Notes: generated from the letters alone by a model not told the origin. A stretch of 52,549 bases of DNA from Patescibacteria group bacterium (GCA_022574495.1 JACZRW010000001.1:1-52549); one strand, 5' to 3'; numbered from the stretch's first letter, positions 1 to 11,117 are shown. A program made the numbers and translations.

Positions 1-368
1 TGGATTCTTTCTAATGCTGCTGTTGTATGATCAAAGCCTACACGTTTCTGACCAGAAGCCATAGTTGTTGGTACTAAGACCGCTTGTGATAGTTCATTAA
101 TTAGAAGAGAATCATCTTTATATGATAGAGCTTCCTCGTTACCATCAATAGCTGTCCCTTCACCTAAACCGATACCGGTAAGGTTAAGACCTAATTGAAT
201 AGTAATCTGGTCGCCTGCTAATCTCTCTAAATCTGTTTCTTGCTTAAGAATTGACTGGTCGCCGACAAACTGCCCTGCAACCGTTTCTTTAAGCATCTCT
301 GGAATAAGTTGCTCACTAAAACGTTTTACCGCAATAGCTGCACCAGTTCCAACCGTGGTTTCTGCCAT
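1..368 (-). CDS. Phage major capsid protein, N4-gp56/DUF4043-like; N-terminal 122 aa, runs off the window edge (not in ORF track)
   Basis: Manual translation from ATG at 368 (SD AGGAG at 376-380): MAETTVGTGAAIAVKRFSEQLIPEMLKETVAGQFVGDQSILKQETDLERLAGDQITIQLGLNLTGIGLGEGTAIDGNEEALSYKDDSLLINELSQAV... No stop codon. The 'AGD.IT..L...LTG.G..G....GNEEAL...D.L.I..L..AV' pattern matches this capsid family as recalled, not searched. Confidence 0.75.
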   Translation of the reverse strand, partial: MAETTVGTGAAIAVKRFSEQLIPEMLKETVAGQFVGDQSILKQETDLERLAGDQITIQLGLNLTGIGLGEGTAIDGNEEALSYKDDSLLINELSQAVLVPTTMASGQKRVGFDHTTAALERI

Positions 369-494
369 AGCAAAACTCCTTGAAGATTAAAAAAATATAA
401 TTTTCTAGTCTTTTCGTGTTTGCTTGATTTCGGTTGAAGCTGACCTACGATTTTTGACGGTAAAAGTTCGTAGGTAGATAGTCTCACCGTCAAC

Positions 495-543
495 GCCCGT
501 CCCCCGCGACCTTTGTTAGGCTGTGGGGGCGGGTTCTTTTTTT
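495..543 (+). terminator. Intrinsic terminator-like GC-rich interrupted hairpin with T-tract on the plus side
   Basis: gcccgtccccc...gggggcgggt followed by tcttttttt. Confidence 0.6.
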
Positions 544-616
544 GCTTAGTCAACGAAGTGGTCGCTGTGCCCGAAGAATTCTTAGTTCGAAGAATGCAGA
601 ATTCAGTGGATTCTAT

Positions 617-1144
617 TTAATTCTGATTTGGAGATTTTTTCTCTTTAGCCTGGAAGACAAATTTGCCATGGTCCTCATCCATATCGGTAAAATCATCTAC
701 CTCCGCAATCAACTTTGCAGAGGTGCTTTTCCCAAAGGCGATTACTTCTACCCTATGACCTTGGTTTTTTAAATATTCCACCAACGGTACGTAATCACCG
801 TCTCCAGAAACTAATATCATTGCATCTAGTCTTGGAGCAAGCCGAATCATATCCAGAGCAATACCCACGTCCCAGTCCCCTTTTTTGACACCACCGGGGA
901 AAATCTGGACTTCTTTTGACTTTACTTCAAAACCAGCTTTTTCTAAGGCATCGAAAAAAGACTGTTCCTCCGGCATAGACGCTTTTATAACGTATGCAAT
1001 TGCTCTAATTAGTTGTCGGCCTTCGACGGCTGTATTTAAAATTTGACTAAAGTTTACTCTACGCCCATATAAATTTTTGGCAGAGTAGTACATATTTTGT
1101 ACATCAACAAAAACACCAACTCTTTGGTTTGGATTTCTTTTCAT
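617..1144 (-). CDS. NYN domain (LabA/DUF88, PIN-like) protein
   Basis: VFVDVQNMY, KGDWDVGIALD and LVSGDGDYVPLV motifs. Confidence 0.92.
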   Translation of the reverse strand: MKRNPNQRVGVFVDVQNMYYSAKNLYGRRVNFSQILNTAVEGRQLIRAIAYVIKASMPEEQSFFDALEKAGFEVKSKEVQIFPGGVKKGDWDVGIALDMIRLAPRLDAMILVSGDGDYVPLVEYLKNQGHRVEVIAFGKSTSAKLIAEVDDFTDMDEDHGKFVFQAKEKKSPNQN

Positions 1145-1248
1145 AATTTACACCCCCTTCCTATATACTGTTCCACAGTTGCAGCACGCGGGATAGTTGA
1201 TTACGATGTATCAGCTACGAGCGGGCTATTTGCTAGATATATTCCCCT

Positions 1249-2163
1249 ATGATAACATTAGTTCACCAAATTTACCCTATGAAAAAAATCACAAAGGCAA
1301 TAATCCCTGCGGCCGGATACGGTACCCGTTTCCTCCCTGCTACTAAAGCAATGCCAAAAGAAATGCTGCCTATTGTTGATAAACCCATCATTCAATACGT
1401 TGTTGAGGAAGTGGTTGCTTCCGGAATTGAAGATATTATTTTGGTGACTGGTGGAAATAAAAGGGCAATTGAAGACCATTTTGATAGATCCAGAGAGCTG
1501 GAGGATTGGCTGGAAGAGACAGGGAAGAAGGAAAAATTAGATGAAATTATTCGCATTGCCCACATGGCCAATTTTTTTTACGTAAGACAAAAAGGGCCAT
1601 ATGGAAACGCTTCTCCAGTTATTTCTGCGAAGCACTTAGTGGAGAACGAACCTTTTGCAGTGATCTGGGGGGATGAATTTATCCATTCAGAGCCACCAAG
1701 ACTGAAACAATTATTGGATACTTTCGAAAAGTACCAATCCAGTGTTATTAGCGGTGTGAAAATTGAGAAAAAGGAAGACCTGGCAAAGTATGGTATTGCC
1801 GATATAGAAAAAGTTGAAGGTAATGTTTACAAAATTAAAAAAATAGTTGAGAAACCAGATCCAAGAGAAGCCCCTTCAGATATTGCAACCCACGGAGCTT
1901 ATGTTTTTACCCCAAGCATATTTGAGCATTTAGAAAGCTTAAAACCAGGAAGAGGCGGCGAACTGTGGCTTCCGGAGGCGATAGATTCTTTAATAAAAAA
2001 AGAACCGGTATATGCGGTAATAATCGAAGGTGGGAGATATTATGATATTGGTAATAAAAAAGGGTTTATCGAAGCTAATATTGAGTTTGGCCTGAAAGAC
2101 CCCGATATTAAAGAAGATTTGGGCCAATTTATAAAAAAAATTGCTCAAAAACTTCCTAATTAA
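1249..2163 (+). CDS. galU: UTP--glucose-1-phosphate uridylyltransferase (start may be 1279)
   Basis: KAIIPAAGYGTRFLPATKAMPKEMLPIVDKP and VEKP motifs. Confidence 0.95.
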   Translation: MITLVHQIYPMKKITKAIIPAAGYGTRFLPATKAMPKEMLPIVDKPIIQYVVEEVVASGIEDIILVTGGNKRAIEDHFDRSRELEDWLEETGKKEKLDEIIRIAHMANFFYVRQKGPYGNASPVISAKHLVENEPFAVIWGDEFIHSEPPRLKQLLDTFEKYQSSVISGVKIEKKEDLAKYGIADIEKVEGNVYKIKKIVEKPDPREAPSDIATHGAYVFTPSIFEHLESLKPGRGGELWLPEAIDSLIKKEPVYAVIIEGGRYYDIGNKKGFIEANIEFGLKDPDIKEDLGQFIKKIAQKLPN

Positions 2164-2181
2164 TACAATTAGGTATCTGCC

Positions 2182-3546
2182 ATGTCTGATAGAAAGTTAA
2201 TCGCTGGTTCATTTATATTTCTTCTTCTCGTTATTTTGATTGGTTCTATAATTATAGTTAGGGAAAAAGGTTACCTTTCTAGGGAAGAAGAACCCACGTT
2301 TATTAGTTACGTTGGCCTATGGGATCCTGAAATTATTAATCCTCTTAAAATAGAGTATCAGAAGCAAAACCCAGATATTACGATTGAATACGAACAAAAA
2401 AAACCAGAGCTCTATTTTGAAACCTTAAAAAATTTGTTAGCAACGGAAAACCCCCCAGATATTTTTTGGTGGCATTCTGGCTGGGGGCCAATGCTTAATA
2501 ATGATTTATCAGCAATTCCCGAAAGTGTAATTTCAATTCAAGATTACGAAAAAACTTATTTTCCGGTAACCAAGGCTGATGCTAAAATAGGAGGGACATA
2601 TAGAGGGGTTCCTTTAGAAATCGATGGACTGGCTTTAATTTATAATAAAGGTCTGCTTTCTTCAAAAGGCTTCAAGAACCCCCCAAAAACTTGGGCCGAT
2701 CTGCAAAGAACATATATCCCCGCCTTAAATAAATTTGATAAGAAAAAAGGCATATTACAATCCACTATTGCGCTTGGAACCGAAAATAATATTTCGAATT
2801 TTTCAGAGATATTAGGCCTACTTTTTCTTCAAAACGGAGTCACCTTTATTGAGAATGGAGAGATGAAAATACACGATAGCGTGGCTTTAAATAATGATAA
2901 TTTAGGGCAAAAGACATTAGATTTTTACACCAGCTTTACAAAAAAGACCAAGGATTGGGACTCAACTCTCCCAAACTCCATCCGTGCATTTGCGCAGGGT
3001 AAAGTGGCGATGATTATCCTACCTTCACACAAAATCCCCTCACTCCAATCACAGATAAAGGCCACTGGATCTAAAGTAAAATTTGGTGTATCCAGTGTGC
3101 CGCAACCACCAAATGTAGAACCGGTAACGTGGGGAAGTTATTGGCTTTCTGGGGTGTCGGTAAAAAGTAGTAAACAAGGTGAAGCATGGAAATTTATTAA
3201 ATTTTTATCAGAACCAGAAAGCTTGAAAAAGATTTTTGAAAAAGAATCTAAAATCCGAAAAATTGGGCGAGTTTACCCTAGGAAAGATATGAGTAAGGAA
3301 TTGCGCAAAAACGCCTTGTTGGCTCCCTACCAATCTCAAGCTCAATTTGCAAAAAGTTGGTACTTACACTCAGATACTTTTGATGGGGCACTGAACGATG
3401 AAATGATTGAAAAACTTCGTGAACTAGTGTCTAGGATGGCTCAGGGTAAGGGTTCAGCGAAATCAAATTTAAACTCTTTTGCTCCTGAGGCTAAAGAAGT
3501 ATTATCAAAATATGGCGTATTTAGCCCAGAGATAATAGAAAGGTAA
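2182..3546 (+). CDS. Extracellular solute-binding protein, family 1 (sugar type), N-terminal TM anchor, no adjacent permease
   Basis: PDIFW, GVPLEIDGLALIYNK, PKTWADL and FAQGKVAM motifs. Confidence 0.85.
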   Translation: MSDRKLIAGSFIFLLLVILIGSIIIVREKGYLSREEEPTFISYVGLWDPEIINPLKIEYQKQNPDITIEYEQKKPELYFETLKNLLATENPPDIFWWHSGWGPMLNNDLSAIPESVISIQDYEKTYFPVTKADAKIGGTYRGVPLEIDGLALIYNKGLLSSKGFKNPPKTWADLQRTYIPALNKFDKKKGILQSTIALGTENNISNFSEILGLLFLQNGVTFIENGEMKIHDSVALNNDNLGQKTLDFYTSFTKKTKDWDSTLPNSIRAFAQGKVAMIILPSHKIPSLQSQIKATGSKVKFGVSSVPQPPNVEPVTWGSYWLSGVSVKSSKQGEAWKFIKFLSEPESLKKIFEKESKIRKIGRVYPRKDMSKELRKNALLAPYQSQAQFAKSWYLHSDTFDGALNDEMIEKLRELVSRMAQGKGSAKSNLNSFAPEAKEVLSKYGVFSPEIIER

Positions 3547-3554
3547 ATTTTTAC

Positions 3555-3609
3555 TTGACAAATGGAAAGTCTTTTGTATAATTCTAGCGGACTGAAGTTA
3601 CGAGTGCGA
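3555..3609 (+). promoter_or_regulatory. groESL sigma70 promoter with a degenerate CIRCE-like operator
   Basis: TTGACA 3555-3560, 16 bp, TATAAT 3577-3582; then ctagcggac-N9-gagtgcgaa (right arm 8/9, left arm 5/9 to TTAGCACTC-N9-GAGTGCTAA). Confidence 0.7.
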
Positions 3610-3696
3610 ATTTTTCTTGTTTTTTAGAGTTGCTGCGCACTAATCCTACTATTTTCTGCCCCTTTATTAAATTAATAAGTTTAAATTGGAGGTTAA

Positions 3697-3996
3697 ATGT
3701 TGAAAACAAAAGCTAGTATTAAACCATTAGCAGGTTATGCATTAATAGAACCTGAAGAAGCGGAAGGAATAACGGCTTCCGGAATATTATTGCCAGATAC
3801 AGCCCAGGAAAAACCAGCGCAAGGAAAAGTCCTAGCAGTAGGTGCTTTAGTAAAGCACTCAAGCTACGAAGAAAAAGCTGCTTTTAAAACTGGAGATACG
3901 GTGCTTTACAAAAAATGGGGTGGTGACGAAATAAAAATTGATGGAAACGAATTAAAATTAGTTAAATTTGAAGACGTAATGGCTATTATTGAATAA
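3697..3996 (+). CDS. groES: Co-chaperonin GroES
   Basis: IKPL, TASGILLPDTAQEKP and G.VLAVG motifs; directly upstream of groEL. Confidence 0.97.
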   Translation: MLKTKASIKPLAGYALIEPEEAEGITASGILLPDTAQEKPAQGKVLAVGALVKHSSYEEKAAFKTGDTVLYKKWGGDEIKIDGNELKLVKFEDVMAIIE

Positions 3997-4050
3997 GGAG
4001 GATTATTATTTATGTCCCGCTAAAGCGTGACGTAATTTTTTAGGAGGTAA

Positions 4051-5685
<1,635 letters not shown>

Positions 5686-5715
5686 TACACCACCTAGAAT
5701 TTAATTCGAATTTTG

Positions 5716-5740
5716 GAAAGGGCCGCAAGGCCCTTTCTTC
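5716..5740 (+). terminator. groEL intrinsic terminator
   Basis: Perfect stem gaaagggcc-GCAA-ggccctttc. Confidence 0.85.
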
Positions 5741-5828
5741 GTGGCAAAAAATTGACTATAAGATTTATAATAAGTGGACTAAATAATTTTCGCACATTCA
5801 ATAAAAAGCAAAAAAGAGAGGAGAGAGC

Positions 5829-6110
5829 ATGACCAATAAGCCACTAACAGATAGACCAGAAGTCGTCTACGATTATATTTGGAACCAACTCTCTGAAAAG
5901 GAGAAACGTATTCTTGCCTACTGGGCGAGGTATATGGATGAGTATCTATCGATCCGTTGGATCAAAGCAGGAGCCTGTCTTAGGTCACTGCACGACAGAG
6001 AGTTAACTGCTCTTAACGCCAAGTTAGCCAGACTCAATTCAGGGTTGCGAATATCCTGTCGAAAGGAGGAAGAATCAAACCGTATTACGTGGAAGCTAGA
6101 AAAGAAATAG
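5829..6110 (+). CDS. Hypothetical 93-aa basic protein (cassette cargo)
   Basis: SD gaggag before the ATG; followed by repeat copy 1; no recognised family. Confidence 0.7.
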   Translation: MTNKPLTDRPEVVYDYIWNQLSEKEKRILAYWARYMDEYLSIRWIKAGACLRSLHDRELTALNAKLARLNSGLRISCRKEEESNRITWKLEKK

Positions 6111-6122
6111 CATCTTCAATGA

Positions 6123-6207
6123 AGAAAGTGAGGGGAGGGGGCGGACCTTTTGTGCAACAGCACAACTGGTTCGCCTTTTCCATTTCTAACCATAAATTTT
6201 TGAAAAA
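6123..6207 (+). repeat. ~85-bp hairpin-containing direct repeat, copy 1
   Basis: agaaagtgagggg...ggcggaccttttgtgcaacagcacaactggttcgccttttccatttctaaccataaatttttga; aligns with 7541-7625. Confidence 0.9.
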
Positions 6208-6409
6208 CTTTAAGTCTTCTTTTTGACAAATCCCCTTCCCCTATTTCCCTAAGATGTTAGCTATGGTATATATAATGTACTGGAAGTAAGGCAACCGATC
6301 GCATAGTGATAAAGTTGGGAGGTAATCGCACTCTAACAATTAAACAACCCATGAAAGGTAGAGAGAGGAGGAAACAACGTGAGAAGGTCACATAGAGGAG
6401 GTGTGCCGG

Positions 6410-7489
6410 ATGGTTAGCGATACGTCGCAAGACCGTACGGTTCGAGGGAAGCCGAGCCATCCTTCGACCCAACCACAGACCCCGCCGTCCTCGGGCAGCG
6501 GGACTATGCAGAGCTAAAGCGTCGTATCGTCGCTGCGGGCCTGCTCGAAAAACAGCCGGGCTACTATGTCTTCAACGCGTCCGTCCGGCTGATGCTCCTG
6601 GCCACCAGCATTTTGTTCTTGTTCATCATCGACAACGTCTGGCTACAGATGCTAAACGCGGTGTTCCTGGCCTTCGCCTCCACACAGATCGGCTATCTTG
6701 GCCATGACGCCGGCCACCGGCAGATCTTCAGCGGCGCGCATCGTAACGACGTCTTCGGGCTGGGGATCAACTTCTTGCTCGCCATCAGCCGCACTTGGTG
6801 GGTTGATACCCACAACGAACACCACGTGGACCCCAATGACCTAGATTACGACCCACATACGAGGTTGCCTATCTTCGTCTTCTCCGATGAACAGGCCCTC
6901 AACAAGGAAGGGCTCCCAGCCCGCATCGTCGGCTATCAGAGTTTCTACTTCTTCCCCATCCTACTCCTAGAGTACTTGGGGGCGCGCCTGGCGAGCGTTC
7001 AGTTATTGTTGGCGGGGGAGGTGAAGGGGAAGTCGTGGGAAGCACTGGCGATGGTCCTCCACTTCGCCGTCTACTTCGGCCTGCTGTTCTACGCGCTTAG
7101 CTGGTGGCACGCGGTGCTCTTCATTGTCGTACACCAGTCGCTGCAGGGGCTCTACATGGGCTCCGTCTTTGCGCCAAACCACAAAGGCATGCCGACGTTC
7201 AACCCGTGAGGACAACATCGATTTCTTCCGCAGGCAGGTTCTGACGAGCCGCAACATCGTTGGGAATCCGATTGCCGACTTCTGGTATGGCGGGCTCAAT
7301 TACCAGATTGAGCATCACCTGTTCCCGAGCATGCCGCGGAACAAGCTGAGGAAGGCTCAGCCTATCGTGAAAGCATTCTGTGAGGAGCGCTCCGTCTCCT
7401 ACGCCGAGTGTAGCGCCTTCCGCTCGAATGTCTTGATCCTTCGGTACTTGCACCGAGTGAGTGCATCGCTACGACCACGTACAACTTAA
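6410..7489 (+). pseudogene. Membrane fatty-acid desaturase (three His boxes) split by two frameshifts; GC-rich foreign segment
   Basis: His boxes HDAGH, HNEHH and QIEHH. SD gaggaggt before ATG 6410, whose frame ends at a TAA near 6515. The desaturase N-terminus DYAELKRRIVAAGLLEKQPGYY is in the 6592 frame, which has TAG at 6415-6417. Second shift at aacCcgt (~7203-7205) joins HKGMPTFN to REDNIDFFRRQVLTSRN. Confidence 0.85.
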
Positions 7490-7540
7490 GAGGCGCAGCA
7501 CCATCGGAAAGATAACTTCTGGTGAGAAAAGCGAGAGAGT

Positions 7541-7625
7541 AGAAAGTGAGGGGGAAACAGGCGGACCTTTGTGTGAAAGCACAACTGGTCCGCCTTTTCC
7601 ATTTCTACCCTAAATTTTTGACAAA
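7541..7625 (+). repeat. ~85-bp hairpin-containing direct repeat, copy 2; its end supplies the TTGACA of the next promoter
   Basis: agaaagtgaggggg...ggcggacctttgtgtgaaagcacaactggtccgccttttccatttctaccctaaatttttgaca. Confidence 0.9.
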
Positions 7626-7655
7626 ACCCTACCCAACCTTTAAAATTCCCCCACA

Positions 7656-8255
7656 ATGACTAAATCTAAAAAACCAACAAATAAGAAACCAGAAAAAATT
7701 CATAAAAAACTAATTATCGTTCACGGATGGAAAGGCGCTCCAGAACAGGGTTGGTACCCGTGGTTAAAGAGTGAAATGGAAAGAAAAGATTGGGAAGTAC
7801 ATATCCCTGCTTTGCCAAATTCCAATAATCCAAAAATCCATGAGTGGCTTGGCTCACTTGCCCAAGTTGCTGATAGTGTGGATGAGAATACGTACATGGT
7901 TGGACACTCCTTAGGTTGTGTAACCATACTTAAATTCTTGGAAAATTTGGATGAGAAGCAAAAAATTGGCGGGGTTATTTTGATAGCCGGTTTTGATAAT
8001 CCCCTAGGAATTAAGGAAGTAGAAAACTTTTTTCAAGGACCTTTAAATTGGGATAAAGCGAAAAGAACTTGTAAAAAATTTATAGTCATTCATTCTGAGG
8101 ATGATCATGGCGTCCCAGCGGATAATGGAATAAGAATGAAGAATAACTTGGGAGCTAAAAAAATATTGGTAAATGGTTATAAACATTTTTCAGGTGATGA
8201 TGGCGTAAATTCTCTTCCTCTAGTTATCGAAGAACTCCTTGAAATTTCTAGCTAG
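7656..8255 (+). CDS. RBBP9/YdeN-family alpha/beta serine hydrolase
   Basis: IIVHGW, WYPWL, GHSLG nucleophile motif, HSEDD, and HF near the C-terminus. Confidence 0.9.
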   Translation: MTKSKKPTNKKPEKIHKKLIIVHGWKGAPEQGWYPWLKSEMERKDWEVHIPALPNSNNPKIHEWLGSLAQVADSVDENTYMVGHSLGCVTILKFLENLDEKQKIGGVILIAGFDNPLGIKEVENFFQGPLNWDKAKRTCKKFIVIHSEDDHGVPADNGIRMKNNLGAKKILVNGYKHFSGDDGVNSLPLVIEELLEISS

Positions 8256-8275
8256 CCCAAATAAACTAAATTCTC

Positions 8276-8806
8276 ATGACTAAACCAGAAGATTTACATT
8301 TGGTTAAGCAAGCGCAAAAAGGCAGTCTGTCTGCTTACCAAACGCTATATATGCGGCACTTAGATGCAATTTACCGCTACTTCTTTTTTCAAACAAAAGA
8401 TAAATTTTTGGCGGAAGATTTAGGTCAAGAAGTGTTTATAAAAATATGGAAATCTATCGATAAATACGATGAAAAGAAAGGAGCATTCACAAGTTGGATG
8501 TATCGTATTGCCCATAATCTTTTGGTTGATTATTATCGAGGTAAGAAGACACTTACACTAAAAGAAGGACTGGAAGCATCTTACAGTGAGGATTGGTTGG
8601 AAAAGCTTGACCATTCAGAGAAAATACAAAATGTTAAGAAAGCACTGGAGAATGTATCGGCAGACTATAAAGAAGTAATCATACTTCGTTTCTTCGAGGA
8701 CTTGAGTGTAGAAGAAGTGTCCCAAATCATTGATAAGTCAGAAGAAAATGTGCGTGTAATTCAGCACCGAGCTATACGTAAACTAAAGGAAATACTAGAA
8801 ATATAA
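8276..8806 (+). CDS. ECF-subfamily RNA polymerase sigma factor
   Basis: AEDLGQEVFIKIW, FTSWMYRIAHN and region-4 HTH (LSVEEVSQII...VRVIQHRA). Confidence 0.93.
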   Translation: MTKPEDLHLVKQAQKGSLSAYQTLYMRHLDAIYRYFFFQTKDKFLAEDLGQEVFIKIWKSIDKYDEKKGAFTSWMYRIAHNLLVDYYRGKKTLTLKEGLEASYSEDWLEKLDHSEKIQNVKKALENVSADYKEVIILRFFEDLSVEEVSQIIDKSEENVRVIQHRAIRKLKEILEI

Positions 8807-8823
8807 CGCGTATCAAATACGCG

Positions 8824-9528
8824 ATGAATGCTACTCATATGACTGATGAAGAATTTTTGGAAAAATTAAAGAAAGAATCTAGATTTGAGCACTCTGGTGC
8901 CCAGAAAGATATTTTGTGGGGAAGACTATCATCTTATCTTGACGAAGAAAAAGTTGGGCGTGGATTTTGGCATTTTGGATTCCGTTATGCATATTTTGCT
9001 GTAGTTGCTTTTGTAGTATTGCTTGGATCGGCTGGTGTTACATTTGCTTCTCAAAGCTCTATTCCTGGGCAAACCCTCTACCCGGTTAAACGCTTTAGTG
9101 AGGAGGCGGTTATTTTTGTTAAATTTGATCAGAGAGAAAAGGATATTGCCAGGATGGAACTAACTACTAAACGGGCAGATGAGGTTAATAAACTAGTGGC
9201 TGATAATCCCGAAAAGGTAGGAGAAGCGTTGGATGAATATGAAAGTCAAATCGAAAGTTACCTTTTTGCTTATATGGAAGACCCCGAATACTTTCAATCT
9301 TTTGAGATGACGATAATGGCGAATAAAGAATACCTGATGAAAGCGGCCGAATCCGCTCCAGATGAAATTAAAATAAGAATCAAAGCACTATTAGAAGAGT
9401 CGGAATCTCAAGAGACTGATGATGGTAAAGGGGATGTAGAAGGAGAAGAAGATAAGTTACCTGATGGGGAAGAAAGTGGTGATAACGGGTCAGATTTTGG
9501 GGCAAATCAAAACGAAACTTCTAATTAA
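8824..9528 (+). CDS. Putative anti-sigma factor, single TM plus DUF5667-like domain, acidic tail
   Basis: SIPGQTLYPVKRFSE motif; directly follows the ECF sigma gene. Confidence 0.75.
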   Translation: MNATHMTDEEFLEKLKKESRFEHSGAQKDILWGRLSSYLDEEKVGRGFWHFGFRYAYFAVVAFVVLLGSAGVTFASQSSIPGQTLYPVKRFSEEAVIFVKFDQREKDIARMELTTKRADEVNKLVADNPEKVGEALDEYESQIESYLFAYMEDPEYFQSFEMTIMANKEYLMKAAESAPDEIKIRIKALLEESESQETDDGKGDVEGEEDKLPDGEESGDNGSDFGANQNETSN

Positions 9529-10024
9529 AGCGTTTCTCTCCAACCTTAATTTCGATATCTAATGTATTTTCTTCGGGGGTAATTGGACAGCGAAAGTTAT
9601 CGTTATAGGCGCAGTAGGGATTGTAGGCATAGTTTAAATCTAAGTCTATCTTTCCGTCTTCTTCCTCGGCTTCGACGTATCTTCCATCGTGGTAGGTTTC
9701 TGATTGATTTGTTTTATCTCTAAAGGCTAAAAATAAATGGTCGCTATCGGTACTTTTGTAAACATGTAGAGATTGTTCCTTTCCGTCAAGTTCGAATTTA
9801 ATTTTCCCATATCTTTTATAAGCTTCGGTATCCCCAGCGCTAGTCTTAATATCTATTAACCCTCCATCTTCTTTTTCTAATTTTGCCAAGACATGGTATT
9901 CTGGATCTTCCGGAAAATACTTCAACCCTTTAAAAGCGTGTTTTTGTTCGTTAGTAAGAGGGGAGTCTTGGGTGGTTCCAAAAAGCTCGTCTTTTTCTTT
10001 TCGAAAATCTGATACTTTGCTCAT
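9521..10024 (-). CDS. DUF1684 family protein
   Basis: FRDKTN.SETY.DGRY and DLNYAYNPYCAYN..F.CP motifs. Confidence 0.9.
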   Translation of the reverse strand: MSKVSDFRKEKDELFGTTQDSPLTNEQKHAFKGLKYFPEDPEYHVLAKLEKEDGGLIDIKTSAGDTEAYKRYGKIKFELDGKEQSLHVYKSTDSDHLFLAFRDKTNQSETYHDGRYVEAEEEDGKIDLDLNYAYNPYCAYNDNFRCPITPEENTLDIEIKVGEKRFN

Positions 10025-10111
10025 GTGTGAATTTTACCAAATAGAAAAGATGGCGTCCAGTGACCTACAACACTAAGTATCTGTATGGTTATTTTAGTAA
10101 GATATATATGT

Positions 10112-10468
10112 ATGAAATTGTTACCTAATTTATTAATTTATTTTGGTGTGTATCATTTAGTAAGCACCATAATTTTGTACTTTTTAATTAGATTATTCTC
10201 CTACGATTTATGGCGCGCTCAATATTCTGAGGGTGGTATAGAATCCATATTCACGGTTACAGAGGGAAATTATCATTTTGGATTATTTATCACTTTAATT
10301 TTTGCCGGTGCCGCTGTTTTAAAAGGGCTCGAGCTGAAAAATATAGAAGAAAAAATTTCTCGTTTAAGATACGTAACCAATAGTGTTCTAGTCTTTGTGG
10401 TTGTCCTTTCGGCAATATATTTCACTTTTGTAAATTTATTAATACTTATTAAACCCTCTTATTTTTAA
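10112..10468 (+). CDS. Hypothetical membrane protein (about 3 TM; start 10085 or 10112)
   Basis: Hydrophobic ORF filling the intergenic gap. Confidence 0.65.
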   Translation: MKLLPNLLIYFGVYHLVSTIILYFLIRLFSYDLWRAQYSEGGIESIFTVTEGNYHFGLFITLIFAGAAVLKGLELKNIEEKISRLRYVTNSVLVFVVVLSAIYFTFVNLLILIKPSYF

Positions 10469-10532
10469 CAAGTGATTTTTTTCACATTTTATTCTATAAA
10501 AATAATGTTTAATAAATTTGCTTGTTAGTTTT

Positions 10533-11117
10533 ATGAAGTTTTTACCCGTAGTTGGTTTGGGAATAATTAGTGTAGTAATTATAGGTGTAATCCTTTTAGT
10601 CGAAGGGGAAAATAGTAAACCAAGGGTAGTTACAGATGAAAATGGTAATGAGTTTACTCTTGGTGTTGATAGCTCAGATGATTCATCTTATTCTGTAAAC
10701 GTTGGTGACAAAGCGCCAGATTTTACCCTAACCACTTATGATGGGAAAGTTGTAAAGTTATCAGATCTCTACAAAGAAAAGCCCGTAATTATGCAGTTTT
10801 GGGCTACGTGGTGCGAAATCTGTGAGAGAGAATTTCCAGAAAATAATACCTACGCTCAAGAAAATAAAGATAAGTTCCACTTTTTAGCAGTAAATTGGGC
10901 TGAATCGGCGAGTCAAGTAGAGTCATATATTAGTAGAAAAAACTTGGATCCAACCGCAATTACTTTCCTGATGAATGAATCTTCAGATGTTGTTCGTGCT
11001 TACGGTGTTCGAGGAACACCTACGCACACGATTATTGATACAAAAGGACAAATCTTCTTTTATAATGTTGGTTACACCACTGTTAGCCAATTTAGTGCCG
11101 CCATTAATTCTCTTTAA
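10533..11117 (+). CDS. TlpA/ResA-family membrane-anchored thiol-disulfide oxidoreductase
   Basis: GDKAPDFTL and FWATWCEIC (CxxC); N-terminal TM. Confidence 0.9.
   Translation: MKFLPVVGLGIISVVIIGVILLVEGENSKPRVVTDENGNEFTLGVDSSDDSSYSVNVGDKAPDFTLTTYDGKVVKLSDLYKEKPVIMQFWATWCEICEREFPENNTYAQENKDKFHFLAVNWAESASQVESYISRKNLDPTAITFLMNESSDVVRAYGVRGTPTHTIIDTKGQIFFYNVGYTTVSQFSAAINSL

Noticed and set aside
326..772. Track ORFs 326-553 (-) and 542-772 (+)
   Set aside because: They overlap the capsid start, the hairpins and the NYN gene, and have no recognisable protein features.
6592..7489. Desaturase as two separate genes or a programmed frameshift
   Set aside because: The His boxes are split across the fragments, there is no slippery heptamer at the junction, and there is a second upstream frameshift.
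6123..7625. The ~85-bp repeats as integron attC sites or CRISPR repeats
   Set aside because: No RYYYAAC...GTTRRRY boundaries in the right places, no integrase or cas gene, only two copies 1.4 kb apart.
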